A stretch of 64,000 nucleotides of DNA from Terriglobia bacterium (GTDB lineage Bacteria > Acidobacteriota > Terriglobia > Bryobacterales > Bryobacteraceae). Positions within the stretch are counted from its first letter, which is position 1; every line of letters begins with the position of its first letter. Of the stretch, positions 9,981 to 19,560 are shown piece by piece. Where the stretch lies: the NCBI GenBank assembly GCA_025358575.1, contig JANYJA010000136.1:3173-67172 (forward strand), given 5' to 3'. A program made the translations under genes and the position numbers. The notes under the pieces were generated by a model. It had not been told where the DNA came from. It saw only the letters and a program-made list of their open reading frames with translations, and did not search any database.

Positions 9981-11217
9981 GCGTCCGCACCTCGACCGAA
10001 CGGGCGTGCGCTTCGAGCCCTTCGGCGCGCGCGAGCGTGGTGATGGCAGGCGCGAGATTGCGCAACGCGGACTCGCTCAACTGCTGAACCGAAATCACCT
10101 TAACGTAGTCCATCACAGAAAGGCCGCCGCGTAACCGCGCCGCCCCGGTGGTGGGAAGCACGTGATTCGGCCCGGCCGCATAATCTCCGGCGGCTTCGGG
10201 ACTGAACGGTCCCAGGAACACGCTTCCGGCATGACGGAGTTTAGGCAACAAAGTCTCATCTTGAATACTGAGATGCTCCGGCGCGAAGCGATTCGAAAGA
10301 TCCACCGCCTCGTTGGCTGACCGCACGATAATGATCGCGCTGTTGCGGTCGATGGCCTTTCGAGCAATCGGAGCGGTGGGAAGCGTGACGAGTTGACGCT
10401 CAATTTCTTTGGCGACGGCGTTCGCCAGCTGCTTGGAAGTGGTGAGCAGAATCGCGCTGGCATCGACATCGTGTTCGGCTTGCGCCAGCATGTCTGCAGC
10501 GATGAAGCGGGCATCGCCTTTGTTCGCAATAATCAGTATTTCCGTGGGACCGGCAATGAAATCGATTCCGACTTCGCCCGCCAGTAACTTTTTCGCCGCC
10601 GCAACGTAGATGTTGCCGGGGCCGACAATGCGATCCACGCGGGGCACTGTTTTCGTGCCAAACGCAAATGCCGCGATGGCTTGCGCGCCGCCCATCTGAA
10701 ATACGCGACTCACGCCGAGCATGTGGGCCGTGCCAAACACTTCATCCACCGCGCGCGGACACGCGACGCACACGTTGGGAACCCCCGCGACCTGCGCCGG
10801 AACCACGGTCATCATCAGTGTTGAAGGCAGCGGATACCGCCCCGCCGGAATATATGCCGCAACTGCATCCAGCGGACGCACAATCTGGCCCGCCCGCAAA
10901 CCGGGCTTCAACTCGTGCATCTGTTCACGCGGCAACTGCGCTTGCGCGAAAGCTCCGATATTCTCGGTCGCAACTCGCACGGCGGACCGGAACTCATCCG
11001 ATAGTCGCGTTTCCGCCGCAGCCAACTCGCTCACCGGCACCGTGACGCTCTTGCGATCCAGACGATCGAACTGACGCGCATACTCCATCAGCGCCTTGTC
11101 GCCCCGTTTGCGCACGGCATCGAGGATGGGGCGCACGGTGGCTTCGGCATCACTTAAGCGCGCGGCGCGCCGCGCTAAAACGCGGCCCATATCGCTGGAC
11201 TTCAGAATTCGAATCAT
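9973..11217 (-). CDS. hisD: histidinol dehydrogenase HisD
   Basis: 414 aa. Typical HisD sequence (QAEHD, GDYAAGPNHVLPT). Confidence 0.95.
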   Translation of the reverse strand: MIRILKSSDMGRVLARRAARLSDAEATVRPILDAVRKRGDKALMEYARQFDRLDRKSVTVPVSELAAAETRLSDEFRSAVRVATENIGAFAQAQLPREQMHELKPGLRAGQIVRPLDAVAAYIPAGRYPLPSTLMMTVVPAQVAGVPNVCVACPRAVDEVFGTAHMLGVSRVFQMGGAQAIAAFAFGTKTVPRVDRIVGPGNIYVAAAKKLLAGEVGIDFIAGPTEILIIANKGDARFIAADMLAQAEHDVDASAILLTTSKQLANAVAKEIERQLVTLPTAPIARKAIDRNSAIIIVRSANEAVDLSNRFAPEHLSIQDETLLPKLRHAGSVFLGPFSPEAAGDYAAGPNHVLPTTGAARLRGGLSVMDYVKVISVQQLSESALRNLAPAITTLARAEGLEAHARSVEVRTRA

Positions 11218-11220
11218 TGG

Positions 11221-12090
11221 CTACATCACGATTTTGTTCAGCGGGTACTCAACGATGCCCTGCGCGCCGGCTTCTTTGAGGCGGGGGATGATGTGGCGCA
11301 CCGTAGATTCGTCCAGGATGGTGTTCACAGCCATCCAGTCGCTGTTGCTGAGATGCGAAATGGTGGGAGTTTTTAGCGCGGGCAGTACCGCCAGAACCTT
11401 TTGGAGATCGCATTCCTGTACATTCAACATGAGCCCCACTTTGCCCAGCGCGTTGATCGCGCCCTCAAGAAGCATCTGCAAGTCTTCCAGCTTCTGCCGC
11501 TTCCAAGGGTCTTCCCATGACGCGCGATTCGCAATCAACTGCGTATTCGATTCGAGCACCGTATCTATTATTTTTAGCTTATTCGCCCGCAGCGACGAGC
11601 CGGTTTCGGTTACTTCGACAATAGCGTCGGCGAGCACCGGCGGCTTCACTTCCGTCGCGCCCCAACTGAACTCCACCTTCGCGCTGACGCCGTTGGCCGC
11701 AAGATAGCGCTTGGTGGTAGCCACCAATTCAGTGGCGATAATTTTGCCTTGCAGATCTTTCACTGAGTGGAAATCGGACGACTCCGGAACCGCCAGCACC
11801 CACCGCACTTTACCGAAGCTCTGCTTAGCGTAGACGAGATCGGCAACCGCATGGACCTGCGCTTCGCTCTCCTCCACCCAGTCACGCCCGGTCAACCCGG
11901 CATCCAGAATTCCGTCCTCGACATAGCGAGCCATCTCTTGCGCGCGGATCAGCATGCACTCCATCTCGGGGTCGTCGATGGCTGGGAAATACGAGCGGCT
12001 GCTCGTCGTGATGTTATAGCCCGCGCGGCGAAACAAATCGATGGTCGCGTTCTCCAGGCTCCCTTTAGGAATGCCGATTTTGAGTTTCAA
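11221..12090 (-). CDS. hisG: ATP phosphoribosyltransferase HisG (long form)
   Basis: The core starts at [21 protein letters not shown] place the start at TTG 12090, overlapping the hisI TGA (TTGA). The track ORF extends to 12147 with an Arg-rich, non-homologous extension. Confidence 0.88.
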   Translation of the reverse strand: MKLKIGIPKGSLENATIDLFRRAGYNITTSSRSYFPAIDDPEMECMLIRAQEMARYVEDGILDAGLTGRDWVEESEAQVHAVADLVYAKQSFGKVRWVLAVPESSDFHSVKDLQGKIIATELVATTKRYLAANGVSAKVEFSWGATEVKPPVLADAIVEVTETGSSLRANKLKIIDTVLESNTQLIANRASWEDPWKRQKLEDLQMLLEGAINALGKVGLMLNVQECDLQKVLAVLPALKTPTISHLSNSDWMAVNTILDESTVRHIIPRLKEAGAQGIVEYPLNKIVM

Positions 12091-12467
12091 CGCGCGCCGC
12101 CATATACCGCGCTTGGGTCGTAAACGCGCTCGTCCTGCTGCACCCACTCGGTGCCGTCGAGCTTGCGATAGAAGCAGCTTTCGAAGCCGTTATGGCAGAC
12201 GCCGGGGCCTTGCGCTTCGACGCGAACGAGCACCGCATCCAGATCGCAATCGGTTTCGATTTTGCGCACGACCAGGCGGTGCCCCGATGTTTCACCCTTC
12301 GTCCACAGCTTCTGGCGCGAGCGGCTGAAAAAGGTGACGAACCCGGTTTCGACGGTTTTGTGGAACGACTCTTCATTCATGTAACCGACCATCAGTACGC
12401 GTCCCGAAGCGTCGTCCTGAACCACGGCGGTGACTAATCCATCCGATTTTGCGAAATCTAAATTCAT
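12087..12467 (-). CDS. hisI: phosphoribosyl-AMP cyclohydrolase HisI (monofunctional; no HisE domain)
   Basis: 126 aa. [25 protein letters not shown]...WTKGETSGH...[11 protein letters not shown]...[10 protein letters not shown] is canonical HisI. Confidence 0.9.
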   Translation of the reverse strand: MNLDFAKSDGLVTAVVQDDASGRVLMVGYMNEESFHKTVETGFVTFFSRSRQKLWTKGETSGHRLVVRKIETDCDLDAVLVRVEAQGPGVCHNGFESCFYRKLDGTEWVQQDERVYDPSAVYGGAR

Positions 12468-12476
12468 GAGCGCGGC

Positions 12477-12508
12477 AATAAAAAAGCCCGCCGAAAACCG
12501 AAGCGGGC
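12477..12508 (-). terminator. Rho-independent terminator-like hairpin plus U-tract, 10-14 nt upstream of the hisI ATG
   Basis: Minus strand reads GCCCGC-UUCGGUUUUCG-GCGGGC followed by UUUUUUAUU. The stem arms are plus-strand 12486-12491 and 12503-12508, and the T-tract is 12477-12485. Confidence 0.6.
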
Positions 12509-12645
12509 GACCCTTCTATATTTGCTGAAATCGTGATTCTAGCAGTGCGCCCGACGCATGGAATGGACCTCGTTGAGGTTATGATGGAGCCGCGCGACGG
12601 AAGCAAAAGCCATAAAGCAATAGTCTAGCACCAGTTCAGCCGACA

Positions 12646-13296
12646 CTATTTGCCCTCGATGAAGCATCCGATCGTTTTTGTGAAACGTGCAGTCACGTGG
12701 TGCCCCGCGACAATTGCGTCGAGTGCTTCGCGAAGGTCGCGCCGAACAGGATGGGGTCGCTCTTTTCCGAGATCGACATGGCGATCGTCGATGCGGCCCC
12801 GGTAGAGAAGCGTCCCCTCTGGCGAAATGACCGCGACTTCGGGAGTGACCGTCACGCCAAGCTGCCGGACCAAAGTGTTGCGCGAGTCGAGCAGCACCGG
12901 AAAACGATACTGAAAGTCCCGCGTGTATTTTTTGGCTTGATTCAACGTTGAAGAGCGTGGGAGCACCGCATAGAAAGCGATGCCCTTCGCTTCGAACTCT
13001 TGCGACATGCGAGCCATCTCCGGCACATACCGGTTGGAGATGGGGCAATCGATCGCGACGAACTCGAAAACTGCCGCCCGCTTGCCCTGAATCTCGGTTG
13101 CGCGATGAGCATGCCCTTCGCTATCCGGCAGATCCCACAAACCAGTACCGCCGTCCCAAGCGATGCCAGAAATAGCGAATGCCGCTGCGATTACGAACAG
13201 CCCAATGAATGATTTCCACGTTGCCAGGCCTCCATACTTACTAACACCTATGGATACGACTTTGCGCGGGGTTCGGGTGTAAATCTTGGTAAACAC
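12646..13296 (-). CDS. thioredoxin-fold redoxin (AhpC/TSA/TlpA-like), membrane-anchored
   Basis: 216 aa. N-terminal TM segment (FIGLFVIAAAFAISGIAW). Redoxin-like core FEFVAIDCPISNRYVPEM...GIAFYAV with a single-Cys CPIS motif. GTG start abuts the upstream permease stop. Confidence 0.65.
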   Translation of the reverse strand: MFTKIYTRTPRKVVSIGVSKYGGLATWKSFIGLFVIAAAFAISGIAWDGGTGLWDLPDSEGHAHRATEIQGKRAAVFEFVAIDCPISNRYVPEMARMSQEFEAKGIAFYAVLPRSSTLNQAKKYTRDFQYRFPVLLDSRNTLVRQLGVTVTPEVAVISPEGTLLYRGRIDDRHVDLGKERPHPVRRDLREALDAIVAGHHVTARFTKTIGCFIEGK

Positions 13297-14505
13297 TTAC
13301 TCGCGCCTTAAGGCTTCAGTGGGATTCAGTTTCGATGCACGATTTGCCGGCAGCATTCCGAACACCAATCCAACGGCGCAGGACACCGAAAATGCGACCG
13401 ATATCGACACCCAGGAAAGCGGAATGTTCACGTTGTCCACGAAAAACCGGACGCTAAGCGGGAGCGCCACGCCCACCAGAATTCCAACGATCCCGCCTCC
13501 CAAACTAAGCAGAATTGCCTCGGTCAGAAACTGAAGCAGAATTTCGCGACGTGACGCTCCAACCGCCATCCGGAGGCCAATCTCACGCGTGCGTTCCGTC
13601 ACGGTCACCAACATGATGTTCATGATTCCGATGCCAGAAATGGCGAGGGCAATTGTCGAAACCAGCACAAGAACCAGGCTCAACACCAGCGCGATGCTCT
13701 TCGCCGCATTCAAGATCGCGGTCAGATTCTCAACTTTGTAGTGCGCGCCTGAACGGTGCCGGCTCGCCAGGATTTTCGCGACCATGCCCGTTACCGGTTC
13801 GACCTGTTCGGGCGCCCGCACCTGCACGTACAAGGGGTCGATTCGCTCGACACGGGAGAAGTAACGCTGCACGGTAATCGGAATCAGGACGGTCTCTTTG
13901 TTAAGCTCCGACTGGCCGAAGCTTTCAACTTTTTCCTTGAAGGTGCCGACGACCGTAAACTGGAGTCCGTGCACCTTGATCACCTCGCCGATGGCCGACA
14001 TCTGACTGCCGAATAAGCGCAGGGCAAGCTTGTCGGTGAGCAGCGCCACGTGCTGCCGCAGGGAAACGTCGCTGGGGACCAGAAATCGCCCGGCCAGCAC
14101 AACCAGATTGCGAACCGACTTGTAGTATTCGTCCGACCCCTCTACCGAGATGTCCTCTTCCTTCCCATTGATCAGCATCTTGTCGAAGTTGACGGCAATG
14201 CCAGTGGCGGCAACTATACGGTCGGCGAGTTGTTCGCGCACCGCTTCAACGTCGGCAATTTTGATGAAATCAGCGTCCACCTGAGCGGCGGTCTGCTGGC
14301 TGCCCACTTCATACTGGGCGAAAACCATGTTGGAGCCGACGCCCTCGATTTGTTCCAGGATGTAGTTTTGGCTGGTTAGAGAAATGGTGACGACCAGGAT
14401 GACCGAGGCGGTTCCGATGACCATCCCCAGACCGGTCAGAAATGAGCGCACCGGGTTCGACCGCAGCGCCTGGATACTAAAGCTGAGCGCTTCTCCTATC
14501 CGCAC
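13297..14505 (-). CDS. FtsX/MacB-type ABC transporter permease (no ATPase gene adjacent)
   Basis: 402 aa. N-terminal TM, a large periplasmic domain, then a C-terminal FtsX 3-TM bundle (TERTREIGLRMAVGASRREI). Orphan permeases of this type are a known acidobacterial expansion. Confidence 0.85.
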   Translation of the reverse strand: MRIGEALSFSIQALRSNPVRSFLTGLGMVIGTASVILVVTISLTSQNYILEQIEGVGSNMVFAQYEVGSQQTAAQVDADFIKIADVEAVREQLADRIVAATGIAVNFDKMLINGKEEDISVEGSDEYYKSVRNLVVLAGRFLVPSDVSLRQHVALLTDKLALRLFGSQMSAIGEVIKVHGLQFTVVGTFKEKVESFGQSELNKETVLIPITVQRYFSRVERIDPLYVQVRAPEQVEPVTGMVAKILASRHRSGAHYKVENLTAILNAAKSIALVLSLVLVLVSTIALAISGIGIMNIMLVTVTERTREIGLRMAVGASRREILLQFLTEAILLSLGGGIVGILVGVALPLSVRFFVDNVNIPLSWVSISVAFSVSCAVGLVFGMLPANRASKLNPTEALRRE

Positions 14506-14512
14506 GCTGGTT

Positions 14513-15367
14513 TCAACTGCCTGAGGCGCGTTTCAACAGTTTCGCGGCTTCCAGCTTCGAGGGGTCTTCGGGGGTTATATTGGCGGCCATATACTTCTTG
14601 AGAAGATCTTTGGCTTCATCCAGATTGCGATTCGCCCGAATGTAAGTATCGGCGCGCGCAAATAGAATCTTGGGTGCGTCGGGAGCCACCTTTTGCGCCT
14701 GCACGAAAGTCTTGTCGCTCTCCTCATACCGCCCACGCTTGGAGAGAAACTTCGCCAGATCGATGATGCGTCCCACCCGCGAAGGAGCCAGTTCCATAGC
14801 ACGCCGAAGTTGCGATTCAGCGGTGACGTACTCTTTGCGCTCTTCCGCCAGCCGCGCTCGTGCATAGTACCCTTCGCCTGGATCGCGCTTGGCGATTTCG
14901 CCGGCCAACCGCGAGGCTTTCTCGAAACCTCCGCCGAGAAATCCGGGGGCCTGAAGATAGAATTCGAAAAGGTCGCTCACCGCCTCCACGTTTTTTGGAT
15001 CGAGCTGAACCGCCTTTTCAAATGCCACGCGAGCTTTGTTGGCGAACCCGATTGCCGTGAGAGCGAATGAAGTTTCCGCACGACGCCCGTAGGCTTTACC
15101 GACCCAATGTTGATAGGCAGAATTCCCAGGCACCTCCGCGGCGGCCTGTTCCAGCGATTCGGTGGCTTTCTTATAGTCTCCGAGCATGTAATACGCTTGA
15201 CCCAGTAACTCGGTGGTCTCCGCGTCCCGCTCCGGCATGCCGCGAAGAATGCGCTCGGCACCCGCAAAGTCGGAATTTTGGTAACGCCTGCGCGCCTCGA
15301 TCAACGGATTGGCGGCAAGCGAAACCATCGCCGCAAACCCGGCCAGCGCAAGAAATCGACCTTTCAT
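14513..15367 (-). CDS. tetratricopeptide-repeat protein with signal peptide
   Basis: Repeated TPR-like A/Y/L patterns (LGQAYYMLGDYKKATESLEQA, VGKAYGRR, etc.). ATG 15367 (MKGRFLALAGFAAMVSLA) is preferred over TTG 15382. Confidence 0.75.
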   Translation of the reverse strand: MKGRFLALAGFAAMVSLAANPLIEARRRYQNSDFAGAERILRGMPERDAETTELLGQAYYMLGDYKKATESLEQAAAEVPGNSAYQHWVGKAYGRRAETSFALTAIGFANKARVAFEKAVQLDPKNVEAVSDLFEFYLQAPGFLGGGFEKASRLAGEIAKRDPGEGYYARARLAEERKEYVTAESQLRRAMELAPSRVGRIIDLAKFLSKRGRYEESDKTFVQAQKVAPDAPKILFARADTYIRANRNLDEAKDLLKKYMAANITPEDPSKLEAAKLLKRASGS

Positions 15368-15450
15368 TTCCCCGTTCTCCAACTTGACTTAAATGGTTGG
15401 TTCCACACAAGATTATACCAACGTCTTCCTTCTAAGAGCGACGGGCAACC

Positions 15451-16153
15451 ATGCAATTAGGAAAGTCACTTCGGCTTCGGCGCCTCTATGCGGATGGGCG
15501 AGCTTTAGTGGGCCAGCTAGACCATGGACGAGAACCTCCAGTCAGCTTGGTTCATAGCTTTGCCCGCGCCAAATTGGACGCCGTGATCGTCTCTCCCGGA
15601 ATGCTCGAACGCGTTTCCGACGAATTGAATGGACTCGCGGTAATTTTGAGGCTGAATCTTCGCTTCGCCCGCGCGGAACAACTGCTCAGCGTGCGGGGAG
15701 CGCTCGATCTGGGTGCCGAAGCCGTGCTATTGACCGTAGCGATTCAGGACGCGAGCGAGATTCATTCCCTAGGGCGGGTCACCGAAGAGGGCCGCCGTTG
15801 CGGCATACCGGTGATCGCGGACATGATTGGCGAAAACATTCGAGAACAGGTCACGTGCGCTGGCGAGTTTGGCGCCGATGTCATCCAGTTGACGCTGGCC
15901 AACTCTTCGAACGATCTTCGCGAGGCCGTGCACTCGGCGGGCTGCGCGATTCATGTTTCGTCCCCCGCGCCAGGAGCCCCCAGTGCTCTTGCGCACAATC
16001 AGCGGATTTTTGGACGTCGGAGTGCAGGGAATTACTCTTCTTCCCATGGAAGAACACATATTGAAAGGCGTTCAAAACCTGGTTCACGAAGGTTTACCTC
16101 TGGGCGATGTGTTGCAGCTAGTTGGAACTTTTCCACCGTCGCTACTGTCATAA
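15451..16153 (+). pseudogene. degenerate DhnA/ADH-synthase-type class I aldolase homologue, frame-shifted
   Basis: The N-terminal two thirds are in the frame of 15451 (GKSLRLRRLY...QLDHG...GAEAVLLTV...CGIPVIADM...GADVIQLTL). The C-terminal part is in the frame of 15953-16153 (ISGFLDVGVQGI...VHEGLPLGDV). The switch lies near the C5 runs at 15962-15981. The position of the Schiff-base Lys is Gln (CAG 15886-15888). Confidence 0.45.
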
Positions 16154-16158
16154 AAGAC

Positions 16159-16932
16159 ATGCGCAAAGCTGCGTTCGCACTTCTGTTGATATTTTCCACG
16201 TCCTTCGCCGCCAACCTAAAGCTTTACTTGAAGGATGGTAATTTTCACGTGGCCCGTGAATATCAAGTCCAGAAGGATCGCGTCCGCTTTTACAGTGTAG
16301 AGCGCGGCGCCTGGGAAGAGATTCCCTTAGAACTCGTCGATCTGAAACGAACCGAGACCGAGTCCACGCAAAAATTGTCGGCTCTCGCCGAAGAAGCCAA
16401 AACCATCTCTGACGAAGACAAGGCAGCGCGCGCACTGCAGGATGAGATTCTGAAAATTCCGCAGGACCCTGGCGTTTATATGCTGGATAACTCGGAATTA
16501 AGAATTTTCCATCCAGCCGAATCGACGGTCCATACCGACAAAGGCAGGTCGATCCTAAAGGCGGCGGTTCCCATCCCGGTGGTTTCCGGCAAAGCAACGA
16601 TTGAGATTCCGCTAGATCATGCGCTGACTATCGTCACCAATAACCGTCCCGATCTCTACATCCAACTCTCGGCCGAACAGCGCTACGGGATTGTGAGGTT
16701 AACTCCGCATCACGGCGTCCGGATTGTGGAGCGCCTGACGATTGTTCCCGTGACTAAAGAAAATGTCGAGGAAAGGGACGAAGTGGAACTCTTCCGCAAG
16801 CAACTCACCGACGGCGGGTTGTTCAAGATCTGGCCGCAGAAGGTTCTCGAAAACGGCGAGTACGCAGTGGTGGAATACACGCCGGGCAAACTCAATCTTC
16901 AAGTGTGGGACTTCGCGGTTAAGGCTAAATGA
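16159..16932 (+). CDS. secreted protein of unknown function
   Basis: ATG 16159 gives MRKAAFALLLIFSTSFAANL, a classic signal peptide. It starts 6 nt after the aldolase-like frame's TAA. 257 aa with ordinary protein-like composition. Confidence 0.6.
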   Translation: MRKAAFALLLIFSTSFAANLKLYLKDGNFHVAREYQVQKDRVRFYSVERGAWEEIPLELVDLKRTETESTQKLSALAEEAKTISDEDKAARALQDEILKIPQDPGVYMLDNSELRIFHPAESTVHTDKGRSILKAAVPIPVVSGKATIEIPLDHALTIVTNNRPDLYIQLSAEQRYGIVRLTPHHGVRIVERLTIVPVTKENVEERDEVELFRKQLTDGGLFKIWPQKVLENGEYAVVEYTPGKLNLQVWDFAVKAK

Positions 16933-16940
16933 GGCAGTAC

Positions 16941-19475
16941 CTAGAAAATTATCTTCAGAGCGAACTGCATCTGCCGCATGGCAACACGTGTCGAGCCGAT
17001 GCTCCCGAAGCCAGCCGAATAAAAGTTAGTATCCGGATTTCCCCAGTTCGGATGATTTGTGGCATTGAAAGTCTCCCATCGGAATTGCAGCATCTTCTGT
17101 TCGCTGAAGTGGAAGTCCTTAATCAAGGATGCGTCCACGTCAAGAATACGCGGTCCAATCATGGTGTTGCGGCCCACGTTTCCGAAAGTGCCAAACACTT
17201 GCGCGGAAAACCCCGCCGTGTTGAAAAAGTGTTCGGTGGTCTGCTGGCCGCGCGGCAGGACGGGACTAACGCCGGTGGCATTCGGGCGATCAAACCCAGC
17301 TCCAATATTCGAAGTATCCCGGGCATTGGAATTGATCGTGATCGGAAACCCAGTCTGGTAAGTAAGAATGGAACCCAATTGCCAACCGCCCACCAGTGCA
17401 TTGAGAAAACGATTGGGGATATCCACCATTCGCCCGCGACCCAACGGGATATCGTAGAGCACGGAATTCACAAACCGATGCGCCGTGTTGAAGATTGACA
17501 GCGCGCGCTCGCAACGCAGGCAGTAACTGTCTTGCGGGAAGAGGGTATCCCCATCGTTGGTGCGGATTGAACTGGATTCATCAATCGACTTAGACCACGT
17601 ATCCCGCCGCTAAGAACGTGAGACCCGCGCTGTAGCGTTTAGTGAGCTTGGCCGAAAACCCATTGTAATTTCCGTTAGCTCCGCCATCCACCAACTGAAT
17701 GCGGCCGAATTCGGCAAAGGGAGTGCGCTGCAGAATCGGCGTGGTGCCCGGGAGCGCCTCGTTGACGGCGCGCAGCCCTTCTAAATGACGGCTGAACGAA
17801 CCCAGATAACCGACTTCGAGGAGCGTGCTGCCGGGAAGTTCCCGCTGGATATTGAACAAATAAGATACGGTACGCGGGGTCTTGCGATCATACAGGTTCG
17901 CAAAGGCATAGGGCCTCTTCACGGTGGCTTTAGCACCCGCGAGGCTCGCAAGCGCCGTATCCCAAGTGTAGAGCGTGGGGTCAATAGATTCAAACCGGAC
18001 ACGGCCCGCCAGGTTGCGCGCCATATCGAAGCGCGGGTTGCCGGTGTCCTGCGAGTAAAATACTCCGGCACCGGTGCGAAACACCCACTTGGGGCTGGGA
18101 TTCCACGTGAACCCGAGCCGCGGTGCAAAATTCGAGTAGTCGGTTTTGACCAAGCGATTTCCCAATTTGCCGTCTCGGCGTGTCTGGAGAGCGGGCCACA
18201 CCAGATTCAATCCGTCGTAGAAGCCCCCGGATCCCTGGCGCTCCAGGTAAGGATGCAAGGCGGGGTCCGACACCTGCGGAGTGTTTAACATGGCCGGTAT
18301 TCCCACCGTGATCAGGTGTCCCGTCTGGTCTTCCCATGGCGGCGTCAACTCGTAGCGAAGCCCCAGATTCACGGTGAAACGCGGTGTAACTTTCCACACA
18401 TCATCAACATAGGCTGCGTAGCTCACGGCGCGAAATTTGGCGCTGGCGATAGCCACGGCAGCTTCGGAACGTTTGATCTGGCCCAGCAGGAAGTCCGCGA
18501 AATCGTCGCCACCGGCTTTTTTGAGCGCCGGGTCGCGAGTAGCGTTGATATCAAACGTGAAATTTCCGCGTGCGAACTGATTGCCCACTTGGTTGTAGGA
18601 ATCGTGCCTGACTTCGCCGCCGAAGCGCAGCGAATGCACGCCACGAACCCATGACACGTTGTCTACGAACTGAAGCGCGTGATTGTCGTTCGCGTAAGGA
18701 CCGTCGGAATCGTCGCCAAATCCGCTGTAGCGGGCGAAGCCGACGCCGGGAATGCCCCACGTCACCGGCGTCCCAGGATTTAGACCGGGGATAGCCAACT
18801 CATTCACGACATTGCGGACAAAGGCTAGTTCGCGGCCAGCCGAGTTGAAGAACCGCGAGTATCCGAATCGCGCTTCGTTGACCACCGAAGCGCTTAAAAC
18901 ACGGGTGTTCGCGCCCATGTACTGTTCCACATTGGTCAGAATCTTGTTTCCGTTCAGGCGCAACCCCTGGTTGATTTGGTTCTCGTCGTCCCAGCTATAC
19001 CGGCCATACCATTGCGAGTTCGAAGACTCTGAGAAATCCATTCTCAGGATGAAAAAATCTTTGTTGCGCGGCGCCGATTGCGACTGCTGAAATCGCGGAT
19101 CAAGCTCGCATTCGGGAGGTTCGGGCTTGGATAAAGCTGTAAAAATTTCTTGGAAGTGTCGCTGATGCGCCCCGCGGGAATGATATTTCCTGGGAAGGGC
19201 TGTGCCATGATTTTGCCGTCCGCACCCGTCGTCCTCGTTGCAGGATCGTAGATGACGATGCCGCGCGCGAGCAGTTCCGAAAAATCACCGGTTCGCATGG
19301 CCGCCGAAGGCAGATTGTACGTGGCTTGAGAACTTTGCCGCTGCCGGAACGATTCGTAGTTCCCCATGAAAAACAGCCGATCCTTGCCGTTGAAGATTTT
19401 GGGAATCCAAACCGGACCGCCCAAAGTGCCGCCATACTGATTCCATTTGAACGGATTCTTGGCCTCGTCATCGAT
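16941..19475 (-). pseudogene. TonB-dependent receptor / carboxypeptidase-regulatory-like outer-membrane protein, 5'-truncated and twice frame-shifted
   Basis: Three colinear minus-strand fragments read through as one OMP. They are 19475-19044 (...NPFKWNQYGGTLGGPVWIPK...), 19041-17590 (...FFILRMDFSESSNSQWYGRYSW...) and about 17600-16941 (TWSKSIDESS...PQDSYCLRCERALSIFNTAHRFV...RQMQFALKIIF). Frame changes are at about 19085-19100 and 17598-17604. There is no plug or N-terminal domain upstream. Confidence 0.7.
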
Positions 19476-19560
19476 TCACAGCAGCCCCGCCTCGAGAAGC
19501 TCTCCGATGGTGGCGCGAGGCGCGGGCGCTTCAGCCCGCGAACCTGAACTGCTGCAAGTG

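Noticed and set aside
12468-12645. T-box or other riboswitch as the his leader.
   Set aside because: The leader is short (178 nt). I could not find the conserved T-box sequence (AANNNGGGTGGTACCGCG-like) or a specifier-loop arrangement. The peptide-attenuator reading is kept as a hypothesis only.
15451-16932. The single 493-aa ORF reported by the track.
   Set aside because: The middle about 65 codons (NQRIFGRRSAGNYSSSHGRTHIERRSKPGSRRFTSGRCV...) look like out-of-frame translation. A clean signal peptide begins at ATG 16159, and the aldolase homology continues in another frame that stops at 16153. I therefore split it into a decayed aldolase-like gene plus a separate secreted protein.
19447-19560. 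The longer start for the TPR protein (MNGFLASSSIHSSPASRSSP...).
   Set aside because: This N-terminal extension is Ser/Ala/Arg-rich and not TPR-like, and it overlaps the remnant 5' end of the OMP pseudogene. ATG 19561 is preferred, with low certainty.
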